A stretch of 64,000 nucleotides of DNA, from the sequence record NC_006883.2, one strand, 5' to 3'. Shown here piece by piece: positions 16,001 to 28,000 of the stretch. The notes under the pieces were generated by a model, which saw nothing but the letters and a program-made list of their open reading frames with translations, had not been told where the DNA came from and ran no database searches. Within the stretch, counting starts at the first letter, position 1. Each line of letters opens with the position of its first letter. Position numbers and translations under genes: made by a program.

Positions 16001-19000
16001 ATCCAATAATTATCATATACTTAAAGTTGATGATAATTCGTTCAGATTAGCAGATGCAGGTATCGGAACCCCATCTAGAGGCACTTATGAGAGACGTGAT
16101 TATGTTGGATTAGAATCTCAAGGTGAAGGATTCCAGACATTTAAGTATCCAGATATTAAAGTAACTGCAGAAGTTTCTTTTGGATCTACTGTTACTGGAT
16201 CATTTAATTTTACTCCAGTAGTTACAGGAAACATAGTTGATACTTATCTCTATGAAAAGGGTAGTAAGTATGGTTCAACTATATTAAATTTACAGAAAAA
16301 TCCAAAAATAGTTGTTGAGAATGGAAAAGATGCTATTGTACGTGGTTCTATAGTTGGTGGTAAGGTAGTTGATGTTCAAGTTTTAAATAGAGGATCTCAA
16401 TACTACTCTTTACCAGAAGTTTCTATAGAAGCAGTTGGAATGACCACAACTGGAGTTACTGGTGCTGGAGTTTATGGAACTGGTGCTATTCTCAAACCAA
16501 CAATTAGTGAAGGAAGATTAACTGCTGTAGATGTAATTAATCCTGGTATTGGATATACTGATTCTTTAGTTACATTTAGCGTTAAGGCAAGAGGAAAGAA
16601 TGCTAAGTTTGAACCGAGAGTTAGAAAACTAATAATTGATAATAATAAGAGGCAGGGAAATTATAGTTTAAATTCTGAAGGTGGAAATACTTTAAATCTC
16701 GCTGTTCATGGATATTCATCAGAAATTAGAACATCATTTAAAGATGATGGAACTAGTCACTCTCCTATTATTGGTTGGGCGTATGATGGAAATCCAATTT
16801 ACGGACCATATGGATATACTAAAACTGATGAATTAGGACCTGCTGTTGGTATTGTAACTTCTGGTTATGTTTTAGATTCTACTAAAGTTTTAGATCGTCC
16901 ATCTTTAAGTGAATTTGAGGCAGGATATTTTACAGATGATTGGCAATATACAGGAGCACATACTCTTGATGAACATAATGGTAGATTCTGTAAAACCGAT
17001 GAGTTTCCTAATGGTGTCTATGCGTATTTTGCTAGTGTAGCACCTAGTACACAAACAAATGATTTAGAACCAAGTTTCCCATACTTTATTGGTAAAACTT
17101 ATAGATCTCCTTACATATCATCTAATACTACATTAACACAAGAATTTGATTTTAACACTTCAAATCTAGCAAGAAATACTTTCCCATACAAAGTTGGTAA
17201 TGCTCTAGCTGATAATGATTTTATTGTAGAATCTAATGAATTTTTAAGACAATTAACTACTGTTGAGTCTGTAACTACTGGTGAAATCGATAGTTTACAG
17301 GTTTTAGATGGTGGTTCTGGATATAGGGTTGGCGACTTTACAGATTTCAATGATGATGGAACTAATGGATCAGGTCTTAGAGGACAAGTTAAATCTTTAG
17401 TTGGTATTGCAGTTTCTAGTATTACAACCGATTTGACTAGATATGAAAATGCAGTATTTACTTGGAAATCTGGCACTGAAGTTATTGCAAAATATTCACC
17501 ATTCTTCGAGATTGGTGATAAGGATTCAGTTTCAATATCAGGATTAACTAGTTCAATAGTTCACTTAACAAATTCATTTACTGTTGGTGTTTCAACCGAT
17601 AAGATTGGACTTGCTCAATCTATGACTGCAAATGCAGTTGTTACTGGTAGAGTTGATGATATTTACGTAAATATAATTCCAAAATCAGTTTCAATTGGTT
17701 CATCTATAAAAATCAATGATGATGAGACTGTTAGGGTTCTTAATATCTATGATGTAGGTTCTATTTTAAGAGTAAAGAGGTTTGGTACTGGTGCTGCTCA
17801 TGCCTACGGATCTAAATTAGATGTTTTAAACAGAGAAATATCAATACCAGTTAAGGTTGAAAAGTTTGAATCCACAAATAACGATCTAGTTTACTTTAAT
17901 CCTCATCAAGCAGTAGGTCTTGGTACGACAGTTGGTGGTGGTATTAGTCTTGATTATACTGTTGGTGAAACTACAAAAGAAGTTCCTATACCAACAAGAT
18001 CAATATATCTTCCAAATCACCCATTTGTTAATGGACAGAAGTTAACATTTACTAAGAGAGGAACTGCTACATCTTTGATTGTTGGAGAAGAGAGTGCTCC
18101 AAATAACCTATTCAATATTCCAAATGTAACAACAGATACTTTTACTGTATATGCTATCAATAAGGGGCAAAATTATATTGGTCTCGTAACTGAAAGAACT
18201 TCAATAGGTAGTACAAGTGAAGGTTTATTCTTCCACGGTAATGGATCTGATGACTTTGAATATGCTTTAGAATCTAATCACAATCAAGTTATTGGTGATG
18301 TTGATAGTATTACTGCAACAGTTCTTACGAATATTGGGTTAGCAAGAACTAGTACACATGGTTTAAACAACGGTGATACCATTAATTTGAATGTTATACC
18401 AAATTCTGTTGTTGGCGTAGGTAGTACTGCACCATTAAGTCTTATTTTCAATTCTGACTTCCAGAAGTTAATGGTTAATAGGGTTGGATTTAATTCATCA
18501 GGTATTAATACAACAACATCTACTATAACATTAAACAGTCATGGTTATAAAACTGGTGATAGAATTTTATATGAAGCTACTGAATCTGCGGATGGTTTAG
18601 ATAATCCATGTTATTATGTTTATGAGCAAAACTCAAATCAATTTAGTTTAGGTGAAACTTTAAGTGATGTTCAACAGCAACCACCATTATTGGTTGGTAT
18701 CACTTCTGTTGGTGGAGAAATTCATACTGTTGGTTTAGTTAATCCTCAATTAAGAGTAACTAAGAATTCTAAATTATCTTTTAATATTTCTGATCCTTCT
18801 TTAACTGGATATGATCTTAAATTCTTCTATGATAAAGAATTTAAAAATGAATTTGTTAGTTCTCAAGATAGTGATAGATTTAATAGATCTGGTGTAGGTA
18901 CGGTTGGTATTGGATCAACTTCAGCTGTATCACTTGCATTCTCTAAGACAACCCCAACCCAGTTATATTATGGAATAGAAAAGGGTGGGTATATTAGTAC

Positions 19001-22000
19001 TGCTGATCCATTAGTTCCAAATTATTCTGAAATTAAGTTTGTAGATAGTGTTTATAGTGGTGAGTATAAAGTATTTGGAATAACATCAGATACTTTTAAG
19101 GTTTCTCCTACAAAAATACCCGAACTTCTCTCTTATCAAGCAGATCAGTGTGAAATATTAGAATATTCAACAGAATCTAAGACTGTAACTGGATCAATAA
19201 AAGATATAAAGGTAATCTCTAAAGGTGTTGATTATAAGAAAATTCCTAAATTTGAACAAATTCTTAGTGCAAGGGGTTCAAATTGGAGTAATATAATTGA
19301 TTATAAGCGTGGTACTGTAGTTGAATTTGGTGGATTAACTTATGTCGCAATTACAACTAGCACCAATGTTGTTCCAACAACACCAGAAAACTGGGAGAGA
19401 GTTATTACTAGTGGTAAAAATGCGAATGTGGTGGCACTTTCTACTTCAATTGCAAGGATTAATGATGTAAGAATTCTTGATATTGGTTATGAGTATCCAT
19501 CAGATAAAACTTTAAGTCCAGAAGCATTTGTTTCTCCAGTAATTAGGATTGATAATGTAGATAGTATTAAGGGTATTAATGTTGTTGATGGTGGTAATCA
19601 ATACTTATCTGCTCCAGATGTTATTGTTTATGACCCTGAAGATGATAAAGTTGTAGATGAAACTTCTTTAATTGCTAAAACTCCACATCAATCAATATCC
19701 GAAATTGATATCATTGCACCTATTCAAGGATTACAATCAGTAACTCATAGAATTGTTACGGTTAATAACTCGAATGGTGTAGGAATTTCTTCTATGACTG
19801 GTGGTGGAAGTGGAATAGTTACTTGTATTCTAGAGACTCCAATAAACGGATTTGTAAATCCTCCATTTGAAACTGGAGATGAGATTTTTGTAGAAGGTGT
19901 TGAGTTATTTGGTGAAGCTGGTATAGGAACTCAAACCAATACCAATTCTTCTGGTATTGCTACTGGTGGAGATGGTTATAATTCTTCAAATTATCAATAT
20001 AGATTCTTTAAAGTTGATGATTATGTCAACTCAAATCCAGCAGTTTTGAAATATAGTATAGCTGGATTAACAACTAATCCTGGTATTGCTAAAACCTATC
20101 AATCAGGTTATGCAAATATTATTAATAGGAAGAATTATCCTGTATTTGATGTAGTTCAGGAAAGAGGATTATTATTACTCAATGAAAGTATTCTTGTTCA
20201 ATCAGGAACTAGCTTTATTGAAAGAGGACTTACTGTAGTAGAATCTAGAGAAGATTACATTAAAATTGATGGTGATTATCAATTACAGATAGATGATAGA
20301 ATACAGGGTGCTAATAGTAATGTTAGTGCAACAATAACTGGTATTGTTGGAAATAGAGCTAAATTTAAAGTTGATTATGCTAATAGAAAAGATTATGGAT
20401 GGTTAGACAATACTGGAAAATTAAATGAAGATTTCCAAGTTATTCCAGATAACGATTATTATCAGAATTTATCATACTCCATTAAGAGTCCAGTTCCTTG
20501 GGATAATTTAGTTAATCCTGTTAATAGACTGGTTCACCCATCAGGACTTAAAAATTTCTCTGATGTTGGTATAACATCTGCGGTTACTGTTGGTATTGGA
20601 ACAACAATTCAGGCAACTCCAGTTATAGTTGTCGATCTTATGAATGATAAGAGAGTTGATACAATTAATAACTTTGACTTTGGAAGAGATTATGATGCTA
20701 GACCTGAAGTAAATCCAACAAAATCAAAATTTGCAACATTCCAGAATACTAAATTAACAGATTATACAAAATGTAAGTCAAATAGAGTTCTAATTCATGA
20801 TGATATTAGTGGAAGATTCTCAAGTAAAGGTTTCCAAGATGTATTTACTGAAATTGAAGAAATTGATGGTAACTTTACAAAATATTTGGTGCAAATTGTT
20901 AATGCAGATACTCTTGATGTTCAATTATCAGAGATAGCAGTACTAACAACTACAAATAACGCATTTTTAGTTGAAAAATCATCAGACTATACAAATATAA
21001 AGTTGGGTGATTTTGAAGCAACTGCAGATGCATTCCAAAGAAAGGCATTAAACTTCTTACCAACTGACAAGTATGACAGAGATCATGATATCAAAATCTT
21101 AAAAACTGAATTTGTTACTAATGCAATTAAAAATGAGTCAACTTCAATAGGACAAATTGATTTAACTGGTGTTAATGTAAAAGTTGCTATTGCACAGACA
21201 GATGCTAGTGATAATATTATTGGAGTTACTACAACAACTATAGCACAATTCTCCGATACAGATTTCAATGGATTCTTTGCTGATGTTCTAGTTCAGGATG
21301 ATATCACTAAAGAACTTAACTATGGTGAAGTTATAGTAGACTTTGATGGAACCAATATCTTTTATGCAGAGACTTATGTTGATGCATTAAATGTTTCTTA
21401 TAGTGCATCTAGAGTTGGAGTTCTTACTGCAAGATATGACTCTGGTACAATCTACTTTGAATGTGAAAATGATACGAAGAGAGTAATTAATGCAAGTGCA
21501 AATGTTGTTGGTTTAGGTGCAACACTATCAGTTGGAGTGGGAACATACAGATATGCTGTTCCTGGTCAACCTATTGGTGCTGAGAGAAGTGCTAGATTAG
21601 AATCAACTTATCATACAGGTACTTCAACACCAATATTAATCTCTACAATCGATAAGAGAATTGATAGTTCAATTAAGACTCTAGTAAGAGTTTCTAGTTC
21701 TACTGAATCTGCTATACATCAAGCAGTTACTTTACAAGATGATGGTGTTGCAACTACTATACAGTACCCATTCACAGGACAATCTAATTCTGGATTAGGT
21801 ACAATTGGAGCAGTTACATCAGGAAATAATATTAATATTAATTTCTATCCAGATGCATCACAAACATCTCTAATTGAAGTTCAGGCATATAATGAAGTTT
21901 TCAATACAATAAACGATTTCTCCAATACTCCAGATTCTTTGGTTGTTGGTCCTGCAGAGAAGAGTATATTATTATCTTCTTACGATGGAGTAAATGGAAG

Positions 22001-25000
22001 TAGAGCAAATAAAGTTAATTTTGAATTAGAGCATAATGATATTCCAATCTACTCTAAAGTATTCAATCCTGCAGATACAACTCAATTAGATAAAGTAACT
22101 GGTGAATTTACCATACCAGATCATTTCTTTAATGATAATGAACAGTTAACATATACTCCTGGATCTACTTTTGTTGGAGTAGGATCAACTGCAGTATCAA
22201 TAGGATCTACAACTAATAGTGCTGGTATTACAACTGATATACTACCATCCACAGTATTCGTTAAAGTTGTTAATGAAAATAAATTCAAACTATTCAGTAG
22301 AGAAGAATATGTTTCATCTGGTATTGCAATAACATTCACTGGAATTGGTGAAGGTAATGCACACAAACTTGATATGACTAAGAAACTATCTAAGACTGTT
22401 ATTGGTTTAGATGGTATTGTTCAACAACCAATTACATTTACTTCAATTGAACATACACTTAACGGTGCTATTGGTGCTGCAACATCTCAATTTGTTCTTA
22501 GTGGTATTAGCTCAGTTCAACCAAGAGATGTATTGAAGATTGAAAATGAATATATGAAGGTTGAGCAAGTAGGATTTGCAAGTATTTCTGATGGAACTAT
22601 CAATGATTCTGCTGATGTTGCCCTCGGTATTTGTACTCTACCAGTGGTTAGGGTTAATAGAGGATCTTTGGGTATAGCAGCAACTTCTCACGCTGACACA
22701 ACCGCTACTAGGGTTCATAGAGGATCCTTCAATATAGTTGATAGTACTGTATGGTTCTTAGACCCACCAAAGGGAAATACTAGAGCAAGAAGAAATGATA
22801 CTAACTTACCATATGTAAGAGCAGAATTTAGTGGTAGAACCTTCTTAAGAAGTAATTACGATACTAATATGGTGTTTGATGATGTTTCAGATTCATTCAC
22901 AGGAATCGGCAAAACTTATACTTTAACTGTTGGTGGTGCTAATACTGAAACTGGTGTTGCTGTTGGAAATGGCATTTTATTCATCAATGGTGTGTTCCAA
23001 ACTCCACTTACATTGAATAATGCTGGTAATAATTATGAGATGAAGGCAGATACTACTGCTGGTATTTCTAGTGTTATATTCACTGGTATATCTTCGGAAA
23101 ATGGCACTCCAATGCAATCCGACTTTGATATTAACCAGAATCAATTGCCAAGAGGTGGTCTAATAGTTTCAATGGGATCTACTCCAGGTATTGGATATGC
23201 TCCACTTGTGGGTGCTAAAGTTAAACCAAGTTTAACAGATAATACTAACTTATTTGCTGCTGGATCTATCAATCAAATTACTGGAATTGGTGTATCATCT
23301 AAGTATCAACTTGGTATTCAAACTGCTGCTTATGATAATACTACTGGAATAATAACAGTTACAACCAGTTCTGTTCACGGATATGCTTTACAATATCCAA
23401 TTTCAGTTCATCTTAAAAATTTAGAGTTTAGATGCCCAACTGGAGTTGTTGGAACTCCTACTAATGCTACAACATATGATCCAGCAACGGGTGATATGGT
23501 AGTAACAATTCCAAATCACGGTCTTTATGATGGTGATGCAATTAAATTTGATAAGGAATCAATAACCTTTAGTTGTAATTATAATGGTGCTACAGGTTCT
23601 GCTGCAGAGAAAGCATATCCTCGTGCTACAGATCCTGCTTATGACAAGTACCTATACATCTCTGACGTAACGACAGATACATTTAAGGTAAATGTACTAT
23701 TAGGAACAACTCCAACCAATACAGATGCACACACGTTCGTTTCAGCAACGCCTAATGCAGTAAAAACTATTGGTGATGGTGGATATGTTGGTGTTACAAC
23801 TTCATTCTTCCAAGATCATGAAAGAGGTTTACCTATAGTTGGTATTATATCTGAGAGAACATTTGAAGTTCAAGCTGGTTTAACCACAATTAGACATAAT
23901 TATCATGGTGGTGGAAGTGTATATGAGTACTATAATGATTTAACTTTCGGATCTGGTTATCGTGATCCAGTTTCTATTGGAGCAACTGATATAGCATTTG
24001 TACATAAATTTGTTTCTTCAAATACAAATTCAATAACAGATAATACAGGAACGCAATATACACCTTCTATTGTAGATTATATTTCTTCTACAGGAGAATT
24101 AATATTAACTCTCGGAGATAATCATGGATTAACTTCTCCATCTACACACGATATTAATGGTGTATCTTATAATCCAACATCTGGCGTAATGACAATTACT
24201 GCAGGTGTATTAACTAATGGTCATGGATTCTCGAATAATGATTGGATTAAGATTAAAGATCATTCAATTACACTTACATGTACAATGGATAATAATGGTA
24301 GTAACCATACTTATCCTAGACCTTCTGATCCAATAAGCGATAAGTGGGTACAAATTACAAATGCAACTCAATTTACCTTTGACGTGAATGTTGGTGCTTC
24401 ACCAGAAGTAACATTTACACCAACTTTTGCTGAGTATGATCCTACAACAGGATTGATGGAAATAACGATTGGTGCTCATACATTAAGACCAGGAACTAGT
24501 ATTAAACTTGATCAAGAATCAATCAAATTCACTTGTGATCTTGATGATAATAATGCTGAGAAGGCATATCCTAGAACAACTGATCCTTTCTTTGACACAG
24601 CAATTAATATTGAGTCTGTTACTGATACAACTATCACAATTCAAACTCTAACAACAATACCATCAACAAACATTTCTAGACACACCTTTAGTAGTGCAAA
24701 TCCTAATGCAGTAAAAACTGGTGGTAATTACACACATACATTTGTTCCTGGATTAGATGCAGCGAAGGATGCAATTAAGAGATCAACGAATACCGTTACT
24801 ATTGCAACAGAATCTTTGAATTTTACTTGTTCTAGAGATAAGCATAACAGTGTACATCCATATCCACGTTCTACTGATCCTGCTGCAGGTCAAACATTAG
24901 GATTGGATGGAGTTACAAATAATACTATTACTGTTAATGTTGGATCTGGTGGTGGTGGAGGAACTGGTGCGTTATTCTCTGCTAAGGTTGCAACAAATAA

Positions 25001-28000
25001 GCATAAGTTTGTAAACTCTATTGGTACTCATAATTTTAAAGGAACTAAGAAGTGGGATGCTATTACTGTTGGTACTACAAAGAGATCTGTTTCTGATGCT
25101 GCATATAATCCATTAACAGGTGTATTAGAATTAACTATTGGATCTACTACTGGATTATCTGCTGCCACTTCACATCAGGCAGAATCAGGCACTAGTTATA
25201 ATCCAACTACAGGTATTATGACCTTGAAGGTTACTGGTCATAACTTCTCTAATGGCGACTATGTAAGACTTGATGATGGTGCAGTTACCTTTAAGTGTGA
25301 TTATGGTGTAGGTTCAGCACATACATGGGTTGGTGGAACATCAACTAACGCTGTTACAATTACTGCTGGTAATGTTCAGAAAAATGTAACAAATGCAGTA
25401 TATGATCCTAATACTGGTCTTTGTGTAATGACTATTGGATCACATAGTTTTACGACTAGTGATACAGTTACAATTGGTGCTAATAAGTTATCCTTTACTT
25501 GTACTGCTGACGGTAACGTCAAGACTAAGACATATCCACGTACAACTGATCCTGCATATAATACTGCTATTGCAATAACTGCTGTGGATCAATCTGGTGG
25601 TACTATTACCTGTAATGTTGGTGCTGTAAGTGGTAATGAAACAACTGCATATCCTCGTGTTAGTGATCCTATTAGTAATAAGTGGGTTGCAATTTCTAAT
25701 GTTCAGACAGATACATTTGATATTCAGGTATTAGATACAATTCCTTCTACTAATACAGATACGCATACATTTGTAAGCGGAGCAGCAGGTGCTATTAAGA
25801 GAGCATTAGATACTTTAACAATAGAACCTAAATCACTTATCTTTACTTGTGACGCTGATAATCATGCAACATTACATGCTTATCCAAGAACTTCTGATCC
25901 TGCATATAATTCACCATTAGGAATTACTGCTGTAACAGGAACCACAGTAACTGTAAATGTTGGTGCTCCACATCAACAAGATGGTGTTTCTGTTTCATAT
26001 GGATCTACAACAGCAAGTAATGCAACTTACGATCCTTCAACTGGAGAGTTGATTGTTATTAGTAATAATCATGGTATTCCTGGTGCATCTCTCACAACAC
26101 CTACAAATGCTTCTTATGTTAAGAATACTGGAAATCTAACTCTTACTAAAGCGAATCATGGATATTCTGTTGGTGATAAAATTCTAATTGAAGATTATGG
26201 TTTAACATTCACTTGTACAAAGGATAATAATCAAACAGAACACAGATATCCAAGACCAACTGATTATGCAAGTGGAAGATGGCTTTCGATTTATGCAGTA
26301 ACAACTAACACATTTAAAGTTAATGTAAATCCAAGTCCATCATTATCTCAATTTACTCATACATTTGTACCTGGTAAAACCGTAACCAACTGTATTCAGA
26401 AATCAAATGCTAAGATTGGTATTGTAAAAGGATCTTTAGTATTCAAGTGTGCTCAAGATGCTTATCAAACAGTTCATCCATATCCTAGAGTAACTGATCC
26501 AGCATATAATACAGATTTACCAGTTGGTAGAGTGACAATAAACACTATGAGATTACAAGTAGGCAAATCTCCTGCTGGTACTGGTGGTTCTTTAGACTTT
26601 ACTATTACTAATCAAGGTGCAAGATACGTTAATCCTGAAGTTTCAACACCAGAACCAGTTTACGAAAATATGCCTATTGTTGGTGTTTCTAGATTGGGTG
26701 TTGGTAAGACAGAAGATACTGGTAGAAATTTACTATTAAATCTTAATGTAGGTGCGGCAACAACTAATGTTGGAGTTGCTAGAAGTATGTTTGAGATTTC
26801 TGAATTTGATGTTGCTAGATCTGGTTATTCGTTCGCTATTGGTGATAAGTTCAAACCAATTGGATTAGTAACTGATAAGAGATTGCAAAAACCTTTACAA
26901 GAATTCCAGCTAGAAGTTGTTTCAACATTTAATGATTTCTTCTCTGCTTGGCAGTTTGGTGAATTAGATTTCATAGATGATATTTCACCTATGCAAACTG
27001 GAACCAGAAAGAGATTCCCACTATTCCGAAATGGACAATTATTAAGTTTTGAAATTGATGAAGAATCTCTACTAGGAGAGCAAATTGATTTAAATGCAGT
27101 TCTAGTAATATTTGTAAATGGTGTTATGCAGACTCCTAATGTTGCATATCAGTTTGAGGGTGGAACTACGTTTACCTTTACAGAAGCACCATCAGTAGAA
27201 GATAAAGTTGATGTATTCTTCTACAAAGGACAAGATGGTATTGATGTTGAGATAGTTAATATCAATGAAACTATCAAAATTGGTGATGATATTCGTATTA
27301 CTAGAAATCCAGCATTTACAGATACTATAGATCAAGAAAATGATAGAATTATCAAAGATATTCTAGGTTCTGATCTTGTTGAAACAACATTATACCGAGG
27401 AAAAGGTATTAATGAAACAACATTTAAACCTGTTGATTGGACAAAACAGAAAGAAGATAAGATTATTAAGGGTGAATTAATTTCTAAAGCAAGAGAAATT
27501 ATTGAACCACAAATATATCCAACAGCAAAGGTTATTGGAGATGTATCTACTTCTTCTGGTACAGGTGCTAGTGGTGGAATATTTGTTGATGATGCAGAAT
27601 CATTCTTCTATGAAGATGATACCAACCCTGCATTAGGAACTGATGATAGGTATAATGTTAACATCACGGCAGTAGATGCATTATTAATGTCATCTGACAA
27701 TTCTGTAGCAGCAGCGATTACTGCAACTGTTTCTGCTAAAGGTGATATATCAGCATTAACTATTGTTGAATCTGGTAGTGGTTATGTTGGTTCTGCAGTT
27801 ACATTATCAATATCAGCACCAATAGGAGTTGGTATTGGAACAACTGTTAAGAATGAATATGCACAGGTTGGAGTTTCTACATTCGCAGAAGCAACTGCTA
27901 ACATCGTAAATGGTAAAGTTGATTCTATAACAATAGACAATATTGGATTAGGATATACTCATACAAATCCACCACAAGTAATTATTAAGAGACCTCTATA

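Noticed and set aside
14912-17480. TCTGGCAC matches inside gp7 (near 14912 and 17467)
   Set aside because: Within coding sequence (Ser-Gly-Thr codons); I saw no matching dyad half or hairpin
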